Source: an uncultured Thermomicrobiales bacterium (lineage in GTDB: Bacteria; Chloroflexota; Chloroflexia; Thermomicrobiales; CADCWN01). From it: a DNA stretch of 64,000 bases. This document shows positions 42,248 through 50,782 of this stretch, one piece after another; position 1 is the first letter of the stretch; every line of letters begins with the position of its first letter. The notes under the pieces are model-generated. The model searched no databases and was not told where the DNA came from. It was given only the letters and a program-made list of their open reading frames with translations. Where the stretch lies: the NCBI GenBank assembly GCA_902806415.1, contig CADCWN010000015.1, positions 57,229 to 121,228 of the forward strand. Direction: 5' to 3'. A program made the position numbers and the translations under genes.

Positions 42248-44323
42248 ATGGCAGCGAACCGAGCAATCACCGCCGACGATCTGTACGCGCTCCAATTCGT
42301 TGGCGACCCGCGCGTCTCGCCCGACGGGGCGCGCGTCGCCTTTGTCGTCACGGTGGCCGACCGGGAGCGCAACGACTATCGCTCGCGGATTTGGATCGTC
42401 CCGATCGATGGCAGCGCACCGCCGCGCCCGCTCACCGCCGGGCCGGGCAAGGACACCAGCCCGCGCTGGTCGCCCGACGGCCGGCGCATCGCCTTCCTGT
42501 CCGATCGCGAGCCGGCGACCTTGCCGGATGGCGTCGAGCGCGGCGAGAAGGCGAAGCCGCAAATCTGGACCCTCGATCTGGCCGGCGGCGAGGCGCGGCA
42601 AGTCACCGCCCTACGGCAGGGCACGAGCGATCCCGCCTGGTCGCCCGATGGCGCGCGGCTCGCCTGCACCTCGCAGGTCGGCGGGCCGGACGACGAGCCG
42701 ATCGACACCGGCAAATCGGCGACCGAGCGGGCGCGGGAGCGCGCCGACCGGGTCCGCGAGATCACCACCCTGAAGTACAAGTTCGACGGCCTCGGCTACC
42801 TCGACGGCAAGCGGCGGCACCTCTTCGTCGCCGATGTACCAGCCCCCGGCGCGTCGCCCGCCGCCGCGCACCAGCTCACCGACGGCGACCAGAACGACAG
42901 CCAGCCGGCGTGGTCGCCGGACGGGACGCGGCTCGCGTTCGTCTCCTATCGCGAGCCGGACGAGGATGTAACCTTCCGATCCGACATCTGGACGCTGACC
43001 CTCGCCGACGGCGTGTGCCGCAAGCTGACCGGCGGGGGCGGCGCATCGACCGCCCCTGCCTGGTCGCCCGATGGCGGGCAGATCGCCTATCTGGGCCATC
43101 AGGAGGGCGAGGGCGCGGCGGCGATGACCCGCCTCTGGACCGTCGGGACGGGCGGCGACGGGCCGCCGGTCTGCCGCAGCGCCGACTTCGATCGCGACCT
43201 CGGCAATAGCACCCTCACCGACCAGACCTTGCCGGGCGGCCAGGAAGGGCCGGTCTGGTCGCTCGATGGCCGCGCGATCCTCGCCCTGGTCGGCGACGGC
43301 GGGGCGACGGGGCTGCGGCGCTTCGGGCTCGACGGTAGCGAGCCGGAGGTCGTGGTCTGCGGCGAGCGGGTTGTGACTGCCTTCGCGACTGCGGGCGGGG
43401 GCGCGCGGCTGGTCTTCGCCGCGACCGACCCCGCCACACCCGCCGAACTCTTCCTACTGGATGGGGAAGGCGACGAGCGGGCGCTGACGGCCTGCAATGC
43501 CGCCCTGCTGCGCGAGCGCGCGGTCGCCCTGCCCGAGTCGTTCCGCTTCAGCGGCGCGCGGGGCGACGCGATCGATGGCTGGCTCGTGCGCCCGCTCGGC
43601 GCGGCGGCGGGCGCGGCGGTGCCGCTGGTCGTGGCGATCCACGGCGGGCCGCACGCGCAGTACGGCTTCGCCTTCTTCCACGAGTTCCAGATCCTGGCCG
43701 GGAAGGGCTACGCGGTCTTCTACTGTAACCCGCACGGCGGCACCGGGCGCGGCGACGCCTTCGCCAAGGCGATCCTCCGCGACTGGGGCGCGCTCGCGAT
43801 GGCTGACGTGATGGCCGGGCTCGACGCGGCCCTCGCGCGCGGCGGCTGCGACCCGGCGCGGCTCGGCGTCACCGGCGGCTCGTATGGTGGGTTCCTGACC
43901 AACTGGATCACCAGCCACACGACGCGCTTCGCCGCCGCCGTGACGCAACGGTCCTATTGCAACGCCCTCGGCTACTTCGGCGTGGATGACATCGGCGCGA
44001 TCAGCGATGTGGCCGAGTTGGGCGGCCATCCCTGGGAAGTCCCCGAGCGTTATCTCGCCCTCTCCCCGATTCTGCACGTCGGCAACGTCACCACGCCGAC
44101 CCTGATCGAGCACCAGGCCGAGGACTATCGCTGCCCACTCAGCCAGGCCGAGCAGTGGTACGCCGCCCTGAAGAAGCGCGGCGTCCCGACCAAGCTCCTG
44201 ATTTATCCCAATGAGAGTCACGGGATGTCGCGCAACGGCAAGCCGCGCCACCGGATCGAGCGCCTGATGCACAACAGCGCCTGGTTCGATCAGTGGCTCG
44301 GGGGGAGTAATCGTGAGTCGTGA
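42248..44323 (+). CDS. S9 family serine peptidase with N-terminal beta-propeller
   Basis: Repeated …SPRWSPDG.R.AF… propeller motifs. The catalytic region is …GVTGGSYGGFLTNW… I trimmed to ATG 42248. The stop lies inside repeat locus G. Confidence 0.9.
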   Translation: MAANRAITADDLYALQFVGDPRVSPDGARVAFVVTVADRERNDYRSRIWIVPIDGSAPPRPLTAGPGKDTSPRWSPDGRRIAFLSDREPATLPDGVERGEKAKPQIWTLDLAGGEARQVTALRQGTSDPAWSPDGARLACTSQVGGPDDEPIDTGKSATERARERADRVREITTLKYKFDGLGYLDGKRRHLFVADVPAPGASPAAAHQLTDGDQNDSQPAWSPDGTRLAFVSYREPDEDVTFRSDIWTLTLADGVCRKLTGGGGASTAPAWSPDGGQIAYLGHQEGEGAAAMTRLWTVGTGGDGPPVCRSADFDRDLGNSTLTDQTLPGGQEGPVWSLDGRAILALVGDGGATGLRRFGLDGSEPEVVVCGERVVTAFATAGGGARLVFAATDPATPAELFLLDGEGDERALTACNAALLRERAVALPESFRFSGARGDAIDGWLVRPLGAAAGAAVPLVVAIHGGPHAQYGFAFFHEFQILAGKGYAVFYCNPHGGTGRGDAFAKAILRDWGALAMADVMAGLDAALARGGCDPARLGVTGGSYGGFLTNWITSHTTRFAAAVTQRSYCNALGYFGVDDIGAISDVAELGGHPWEVPERYLALSPILHVGNVTTPTLIEHQAEDYRCPLSQAEQWYAALKKRGVPTKLLIYPNESHGMSRNGKPRHRIERLMHNSAWFDQWLGGSNRES

Positions 44324-44427
44324 GTCGTGAGTCGTGAGGGAGGCGTTGCTGGAAAAAGGGCGCCCGGCTTCAGCAAATCTTCTCGCGATTCGTGACCCAC
44401 GACTCACGACTCACGACTCACGACTCG
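44312..44427. repeat. heptamer-array hairpin element (locus G)
   Basis: (CGTGAGT)x3.9 at 44312..44338 and the complementary (CACGACT)x4 at 44398..44425, separated by a 59-nt loop. Confidence 0.9.
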
Positions 44428-44679
44428 TCCGGCCACAACAGCAGCGACAACGCCGCCACGACCAGCACGATGAGGGTCACAATCGCCAGCGTCAGCACTC
44501 TGCCCTCCCCGACTGAGCATCCCCAGAGCTTGTGCGCCAGTGGGTGTCGACGCTGGCGTATGAGCCCCAAATGTTCATCACCAAGCGGCAGCGCCGCGCG
44601 GGGTGAAGTATAGTCAGCATTGGCTCACGCTATCGGGGGTGCCATTCGTCCGTCGCACTATCGGCATCGAGGGATCACT

Positions 44680-45432
44680 ATGTCCACTTTCGTCCTCGTC
44701 CATGGCGCGTGGCTCGGCGGCTGGGTCTGGTCGCGCGTCGCGCCCGATTTGCGCGCGCGCGGCCACACCGTCCACACCCCAACCCTCACCGGCCTCGGTG
44801 AGCGCGATCACCTCCTCGGCCCCGACGTCGACCTGGAGATGCACGCGACCGACGTGCTGAGCCTCCTCGACTACGAGGGGATCGACCGCGCGATCCTCGT
44901 CGGGCACGGCTACGGCGGCGCGGTCGTCCAGCGGGTGGCCGCGCTCGCGCCGGAGCGGGTCGGGCGGCTGGTCTTCCTCGATCCGCTGCTCGCCCGCGAG
45001 GGCGCGAGCCTGATCGAAACGCTCGGCGCGGACGCCGTTGGCCTCCGCGCGCGCGCCTACGACGATGATGGCGTGTCGGTCTATCCGCCCGACATCGGGC
45101 TGCTGCTGGACGGCCTCGCGGGGCGCGACGCCGACTGGGTCGAGGACCGTTTGGCCCCGATGCCGGTCGCGCCCTACGAGCAGACGGTGGATCTGGCCGC
45201 GTTCTTCGCGCTCGACCGCCCGACCCTCGCCGTCCGCCCCTCGCGCGGCGATCGTCTGGCCGCGAGCGGGCTGGCGCTCGCCGCCGCGCGGGGGTATCAG
45301 ACCCATGAGATCGCGGGCGGACACCTGGTGATGATCACCAAGCCGGAGCCGACCGCCGAGCTGCTCGACAATTTCGCCCGCCAACCAGCGGGCCTCTTCG
45401 CCCGCGACGGCGAGGCCGATCGGCCCGATTGA
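44680..45432 (+). CDS. alpha/beta hydrolase fold protein (nucleophile Ser replaced)
   Basis: MSTFVLVHGAWLGGWVWSRVAPDL…AILVGHGYGGAVV…GGHLVMITKP… I trimmed to ATG 44680. Confidence 0.8.
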   Translation: MSTFVLVHGAWLGGWVWSRVAPDLRARGHTVHTPTLTGLGERDHLLGPDVDLEMHATDVLSLLDYEGIDRAILVGHGYGGAVVQRVAALAPERVGRLVFLDPLLAREGASLIETLGADAVGLRARAYDDDGVSVYPPDIGLLLDGLAGRDADWVEDRLAPMPVAPYEQTVDLAAFFALDRPTLAVRPSRGDRLAASGLALAAARGYQTHEIAGGHLVMITKPEPTAELLDNFARQPAGLFARDGEADRPD

Positions 45433-45578
45433 CGATTCCGGTCGCTCCTGGTACTATTACCCGCTGAGGGCCTGTGCGGCTTCGCTTGATGCGTCATGCC
45501 GTACCGGCCATCTTGTTCGCGCACAGTTGAAGTGTGCATGACTAAAACACTGAGTCGTTCGAGGGGAAGGATAGGGCG

Positions 45579-45893
45579 GTGTACGCTGTCGTCGAGACTG
45601 GAAGCAAGCAATATCGTGTGAGCGTCGGTCAGACGATCGATGTCGAACTCCTGCCCGTCGAGGCCGGCAGCGATGTCGAGCTCGACCGCGTCCTGATGGT
45701 CGGCGGCGAAGGGGCGGAACTGCGGATCGGCGCGCCGCTGCTGGATGGGGCGAAGGTCGTCGCGACCGTCGCCGAGCATCATCGCGGCGACAAGATCGTC
45801 ATCTTCAAGATGAAGGCGAAGAAGCGCTATCGCCGCAAGACCGGCCACCGCCAGGAGCTGACCCGGCTGACGATCAAGGATATTATCGTGTAG
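45579..45893 (+). CDS. rplU: 50S ribosomal protein L21
   Basis: (GTG)YAVVETGSKQYRVSVGQTIDVE…KIVIFKMKAKKRYRRKTGHRQELTRLTI…. Confidence 0.95.
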   Translation: MYAVVETGSKQYRVSVGQTIDVELLPVEAGSDVELDRVLMVGGEGAELRIGAPLLDGAKVVATVAEHHRGDKIVIFKMKAKKRYRRKTGHRQELTRLTIKDIIV

Positions 45894-45983
45894 TGGCGCG
45901 GGATGGGCGACGGAATAGCGCGGCAGTTGTCGGCGTTATATTTGGTAATCGCCCGTCATACGAAATCCCCTTGGAGGTAGATC

Positions 45984-46271
45984 ATGGCTCACAAGAAGGG
46001 TGTCGGTAGCTCTCGTAACGGGCGCGATAGCAAGCCGAAGATGCGCGGTGTCAAGCGCTTCGGTGGCGAATATGTCCAGCCTGGGTCGATCATCGTCCGC
46101 CAGTGCGGCACGAAGTTCCACCCCGGCACGAACGTCGGCATCGGTCGCGACTACACCATCTACTCGCTGATCGACGGGCAGGTTAAGTTCGAGGCATTCG
46201 CGCGCAATCGCAAGCGGATCAGCGTTTACCCCGCCGTGACCACCACCGATGTTGTGGAGGCTGCGGACTAA
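45984..46271 (+). CDS. rpmA: 50S ribosomal protein L27
   Basis: [29 protein letters not shown]…[19 protein letters not shown]… GGAGG lies upstream. Confidence 0.97.
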   Translation: MAHKKGVGSSRNGRDSKPKMRGVKRFGGEYVQPGSIIVRQCGTKFHPGTNVGIGRDYTIYSLIDGQVKFEAFARNRKRISVYPAVTTTDVVEAAD

Positions 46272-46329
46272 TTTCCCGCGATTCGCCCCCCGAGAGGGCG
46301 GTCGCCCCAGCAGCAAAAGGACAAGATCC

Positions 46330-46776
46330 GTGAAGCAAGGAATTCACCCCAACTATCAGCTGGCGACGGTCAACTGCGCCTGCGGTAACAGTTGGACCAC
46401 CCGGTCCACCCGCCCGGTCGTGAACGTCGATGTCTGCTCCGCCTGCCACCCGTTCTATACCGGTGAGCAGCGGATCGTCGACACCGCTGGCCAGGTCGAG
46501 CGCTTCATGCGCCGCGTGGAGAACGCGCAGGCCGCCCCGCGCCGCAAGAAGGTCGAACGCCGCGAGGAGAAGCTGGAGCAGCGCCGCCGCCTCGAAGAGA
46601 TGCGCTCCAACGAGGAAGAAGTCGAGATGGCGATCACCGACGCCCCGCCGCGCCGTGGCGAGGATACCGCCGCGCGGATGGCCGCCGCGATGGCCGGTGC
46701 CGATGAGCCGGAGGCCACGATCGACGAGGCCGCCGCCGAGCCGACCCCGACCACGACCGGTTCGGACAACGCTTAG
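46330..46776 (+). CDS. rpmE: 50S ribosomal protein L31 with long acidic C-terminal extension
   Basis: (GTG)[26 protein letters not shown]…[27 protein letters not shown]…, followed by about 75 extra residues. I trimmed from the track ORF 46249.. Confidence 0.9.
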   Translation: MKQGIHPNYQLATVNCACGNSWTTRSTRPVVNVDVCSACHPFYTGEQRIVDTAGQVERFMRRVENAQAAPRRKKVERREEKLEQRRRLEEMRSNEEEVEMAITDAPPRRGEDTAARMAAAMAGADEPEATIDEAAAEPTPTTTGSDNA

Positions 46777-46791
46777 GCTCGGACCTCTCCT

Positions 46792-46832
46792 CGCCGCCCC
46801 GGCGGCGACCCTCCCCTACAGGGGAGGGTGAG
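46792..46832 (+). repeat. CGCCGCCCCGGCGGCGACCCTCCC-loop-GGGAGGGTGAG double-hairpin repeat
   Basis: A 24-nt run is identical to 53650..53673. Both copies continue into an ACCCTCCC/GGGAGGGT hairpin. Confidence 0.85.
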
Positions 46833-46904
46833 ATGGGCGATGCCGATGCTACGGGTGCTGGCGCAACGATAGACTAATCCGCTCATTCCACGATGTGAAC
46901 TGAG

Positions 46905-46942
46905 AACGGCGCGAGGGTTTTGACCCTCGCGCCGTTTCTTTT
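46905..46942 (+). terminator. rho-independent terminator after rpmE
   Basis: AACGGCGCGAGGG, loop, CCCTCGCGCCGTT, followed by TCTTTT. Confidence 0.75.
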
Positions 46943-46964
46943 GTCTACCGAGGGGCGAGAGTCG

Positions 46965-47753
46965 TCAGGAGACCTTGATGGGGCGCGCCCCAACAGCGCC
47001 AGTCGCGCGCAGCGACGCGAGCAGTTGCGCGAGTGTTGGCTCGTAGGCGATCTCCGCCCCCCCCGCGACGAAGAAGGAGAGGGCGCAGACCGTCGTCCCG
47101 AACTGGCGCAGGAAGAGCGTGCCGGTGCCGGGCTGGGCCAATCGCCCCGTGAAATCGATTCGCAAGCTGTCGGCCCCCTTCGTCGCCTGTGCTTGCCGGT
47201 AATCGGCGATCGTCGCGGAGGCGGTACCGACGTATGGCAGCGCGACATCATCGAGCGTGTCGTCGGGCTCGGCAGTGAGCCCGGCCAGCGTCACGGTGAC
47301 GCGCCCGTTGGCATCGGTATACGCCCCGCCCCCAGTCGCGACGAAGTCGACCGGCAAGGTCAGCGTACACAAGCCTCGCGGCTCGGTCGCAGTTGTCGCG
47401 GGCGCGCCCGTCGGCGGGACGAGCAGCGTGGCGGTCGGGGCGAGTGAGGACGGCACCGTCGGCGCGGGTGGCACGGTGGTAGGAATCGTTGTCGGCGCGA
47501 TGGTGGCGGTCGCGGTTGGCACCACTGTCGCCATCGGCGCTGGTGGGGTGACCGTCGGCGGCGCGACCGTCGCAGTGGTCGGGGGAGTGATCGGCGAGGC
47601 TGTTGCGGCCTGTGTCGGCGACGTTACCACCCGCGCGATCGGCAGCACCGTCGCGGTGGGCGCAGTCTCGCCGAGCGGCGCGCAGGCTGCCAGCGCGCAG
47701 GCAACGAGGCCAGCGCAGCACGACGCAGAAACGATCTTCAGATGCCTGAGCAA
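46965..47753 (-). CDS. putative lipoprotein with Pro/Thr-rich linker
   Basis: MLRHLKIVSASCCAGLVACALAAC…, a long PT/A linker, then a globular C-terminal domain I do not recognise. Confidence 0.7.
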   Translation of the reverse strand: MLRHLKIVSASCCAGLVACALAACAPLGETAPTATVLPIARVVTSPTQAATASPITPPTTATVAPPTVTPPAPMATVVPTATATIAPTTIPTTVPPAPTVPSSLAPTATLLVPPTGAPATTATEPRGLCTLTLPVDFVATGGGAYTDANGRVTVTLAGLTAEPDDTLDDVALPYVGTASATIADYRQAQATKGADSLRIDFTGRLAQPGTGTLFLRQFGTTVCALSFFVAGGAEIAYEPTLAQLLASLRATGAVGARPIKVS

Positions 47754-48524
47754 CTAGACCCTCCTCGGCGGATAGCTCACCCGAGCAGAACCGGCGCACA
47801 CGCGCGACAGGGGCGCACCATATTGACGCCGAGTACGCTGGAAAGCTGTCCTCGCACAAGTGGGGAGCGGCACTGTAGGCTCATGCACGAAGGACGCTCA
47901 AACCTTTCTTGACAAGGCAAGGTGATGTATTGCATACGCCCTGTTCGAGACCGCGAAGTGCTCGTGGGTTGAGGAGCGCGGTGGTGCGTCGGCCCGGAGT
48001 GCTGCTCGCGCCATGCCCTGGTTAGGCGGCATACGCGCATCCTTTCCCGCCAAGCGATGCTCACCGATGGCACAGTAACACACACCAACCGCCCGGTCTC
48101 CCCTGCTTGCCGCTCCTATATTCGAACGTTAGGAGAACCCCTGGCGTGGGTTGGGCGCACGCGCTAGCCCCTATCCAGCAGGTCGAGCGGGAGCAGCAGG
48201 TCAAGCTGCAGGAGACCGAGATCCTGCGCCGCGAGACCGAGCGGCAGTGGATCAAGACCCTCGCCGCCGCCGAGAGCAGCCGCCACTCCCTGGAAGCGGG
48301 CGGGCGGGCGGCGGCAGACGCGCTGATGAACGATGTCACCAGGATGGTGGCGCAGGCCCTGGGCGCCCCCCGCCTTGCTGTCGCGTTGTCGCGCAGCCTG
48401 GGCGGGTGCGCGGTCCCCGGAGTCACAGCGCCGGGTCAGCACGCGGGCGACACCCGCGTGCGAGAGACCCCACCCACCGGCCTCCCCCGTCCACTGGCCC
48501 TCTCGCCCACTCGCCCACAACCCC

Positions 48525-49316
48525 TTACCCCCGCAACAGCGTCAATCCCGCGTCGATCACCACCTCCGTGCCGGTGACGTAGCGGCTGGCGTCGGAGACG
48601 AGGTAGAGGACGAGGTCGGCGACCTCCGTCGGGTCGGCGACGCGCGCGCCGAGCGGCGGGAATTTCTCCGGCATCTTGACATCGTAGGTGATCGCTTCGA
48701 GGTTGCGTCGGTAGGTGCGCTCGCCGATATTCGTGCGGATCGAGCCGGGGATGATCGTGTTGACGCGGATATTCCAGCGCGCGAGCTCGGTCGCGGCCAT
48801 CCGCGCGAACGTCGCCTGCCCCGCCTTCGAGGTCGAGTAGGCGGAGTAGCCTGGTGCCGAGAAGAGGCGCGTGCCGTTGACCGAGGCGGTGACGACGATC
48901 GCGCCGCCGCCCGCCGCGCGCAGGTGCGGGATGCTGTGCTTCGTCGTCAGGAAGGTGCCGGTCAGATTGGTGTCGATCGTCGCGCGCCACTCATCGAGGG
49001 TCATCTCCTCGATCGGGGTCTGCATCCCGTTGATCCCGGCGTTGGCGAAGACGATCTGGAGACCGCCCAGCTCCTCGACCGTGCGCACCACCGCCGCACT
49101 GACCGCCAACTCATCGGTCACGTCGGCGGCGATCGCGATCGCCCGCCCGCCCTCGGCGGTGATCGCCTCCGCCACCGTCTGTGCCGGACCCGGTCGTAGA
49201 TCGAGGATCGCGATCGCCGCGCCTGCCTGGGCGAGCGTGCGACAGGTCGCCGCGCCGATGCCGGAGCCGCCGCCGGTGACCAGGGCTACCTTGCCGGTGA
49301 GATCGGTGTTCATCAT
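48525..49316 (-). CDS. SDR family oxidoreductase (FabG-like)
   Basis: MMNTDLTGKVALVTGGGSGIGAAT…IVFANAGI…YSTSKAGQ… shows TGxxxGxG, NAG and YxxxK. Confidence 0.9.
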   Translation of the reverse strand: MMNTDLTGKVALVTGGGSGIGAATCRTLAQAGAAIAILDLRPGPAQTVAEAITAEGGRAIAIAADVTDELAVSAAVVRTVEELGGLQIVFANAGINGMQTPIEEMTLDEWRATIDTNLTGTFLTTKHSIPHLRAAGGGAIVVTASVNGTRLFSAPGYSAYSTSKAGQATFARMAATELARWNIRVNTIIPGSIRTNIGERTYRRNLEAITYDVKMPEKFPPLGARVADPTEVADLVLYLVSDASRYVTGTEVVIDAGLTLLRG

Positions 49317-49332
49317 TCCTCGGCTTCAATTT

Positions 49333-49406
49333 GAATGACGAGTGATGGGTGAAGTACGAAGTACGGGCTGGCACTGGCCCACTGGCCCATTCGTCATTCG
49401 TCGTTA
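49333..49406. repeat. heptamer-array element (locus H)
   Basis: GAATGAC GAGTGAT GGGTGAA GTACGAA GTACGGG CTGGCAC TGGCCCA CTGGCCC ATTCGTC ATTCGTC. GAATGACGA (49333..49341) pairs with TCGTCATTC (49391..49399). Confidence 0.85.
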
Positions 49407-49568
49407 ATTCCGCTTCGCGCCACCATGTTCGTGTACCTCGGCGGGTAGGATACCGTACTGGTTGTATCCGGTCACGGCGTCGGCGTGGGAGTCTTGCGCG
49501 CCGAGGCATAGTTCGAGGTCAAGTGTGCCGGATGGTGCGCCGCCATCGACCGCCCAGCCATAGGAAAT

Positions 49569-49592
49569 GGCCGACCCCATGCGGGGTCGGCC
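49569..49592 (-). terminator. 10-bp GC hairpin downstream of the YceI-like gene
   Basis: GGCCGACCCC, a 4-nt loop, GGGGTCGGCC. On the minus strand it is followed by ATTTCC. Confidence 0.5.
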
Positions 49593-49627
49593 AGCGGATC
49601 GCTCGCGGTGCGTCGTGCTCGCGGGCC

Positions 49628-50482
49628 TTACTGGCCCCCTTTCGCCTCGATCGTCATCGTCAACTCGACGCCGTTCTCCGACCGGACGATCCCCGCGATG
49701 TTCGGCGGGTCGAAGCCGAAGTCGGTCATGTTGAACGTCGTCACGGCGGTGCCGGTGAAGGTGTCGCCGACAATCTTGCCCTTGGTATCGAAAGTCACTT
49801 CTTTGGTGACGGTGCGGATCGTCAGGTCGCCGACGATCTTGAAGGTTAGTTCCTGCCCATCGGCGTAGGGGGTCGTCGGCAGCCCCTCCAGCCGCTTCGG
49901 CACGAAGGTCGCGGTCGGGTACTTGGCCGACTCGAGCCAGCGGTTGCGGATCTGGTTGTCGCGCTGGCCGCTGTCCGAGGCCAGTTTGCTGATGTCCGTC
50001 GTGATCGTGCCGATCGTGCTCCGCGCCGGGTTCTGCTTGTCGATCGTGATATTGCCCGTGATCGCGCTGGTCGATCCCTCGGCGGTGGCGAAGCGATTCC
50101 CCTGGTTGATGAAGGTCTCATCCACCTTGTATGTCGCCTTCGAGTTCGCGGCGACGATCGCGTAGGTCGTCCCGCTCGTCACGGTTGCGGAGGCCCGTCC
50201 CGCCGTCGCGGTCGAGGTTCCGCCCGTTGTGCCGGTGGCCGACCGTGTCGTCGTGGCCGGCGCGGCGCTCGCGGGCGCGGCGGCGGCCGTGCCGCGCGTC
50301 GCCACCGTCGCGGCGCTCGATGGGGCCGCCGATGCCGCAGCCGATGGCGCTGCCGAGGCGGCGCTGACCGCCGTTGGCGCGATCGAAGCTGGCGCGCCTG
50401 TCGTCCCCGTGGTCGGTGTCGCCCCGCCGCCGCACGCCGCCAGGGTCAGCGCGAGCAGCGCGCCGCCCGCGAGCGATTTCAT
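49628..50482 (-). CDS. YceI-like domain lipoprotein
   Basis: MKSLAGGALLALTLAACGG…, an Ala/Thr-rich linker, then …SKATYKVDETF…VTFDTKGKIVGDTFTG…TMTIEA… I trimmed to ATG 50482. Confidence 0.85.
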   Translation of the reverse strand: MKSLAGGALLALTLAACGGGATPTTGTTGAPASIAPTAVSAASAAPSAAASAAPSSAATVATRGTAAAAPASAAPATTTRSATGTTGGTSTATAGRASATVTSGTTYAIVAANSKATYKVDETFINQGNRFATAEGSTSAITGNITIDKQNPARSTIGTITTDISKLASDSGQRDNQIRNRWLESAKYPTATFVPKRLEGLPTTPYADGQELTFKIVGDLTIRTVTKEVTFDTKGKIVGDTFTGTAVTTFNMTDFGFDPPNIAGIVRSENGVELTMTIEAKGGQ

Positions 50483-50782
50483 CTCTGTACCGAAAGGTCT
50501 GCCGACCGCCATTGTCAATGCTCCTTGGTCGCGTTTGCCAGCCGTTGCTTCACCACACCAAACCTTCGTCCGTCCAATGGGGGATACGCATCGGCCCGCG
50601 TGTTTGGATTTGTCTGTGCTGGCTGGCGCGGGGCTGAAAATACGCAAATGTTCCCCCGATCTGTCCCATCAGGAGTGGTGCAGATCGTCTTTCTGCGGTG
50701 GAGAACGGATACTTGCCAAGCGCCCGTTGCAACCCGGCACACCCCCGCGACGGAGCGTGGGTCAAGATTCTCGCCCCAGGCT

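Noticed and set aside
45894-45983. Prp (L27-processing protease) gene between rplU and rpmA
   Set aside because: The 90-nt gap holds no ORF, and L27 starts directly with MAHKKG, without an N-terminal propeptide.
48107-48577. 156-aa + strand ORF as a functional gene
   Set aside because: Only a short middle section looks like a coiled-coil/GAF start. The rest is Pro/Arg-rich, overlaps the SDR gene 3' end and lacks a start context, so I treat it as a remnant.
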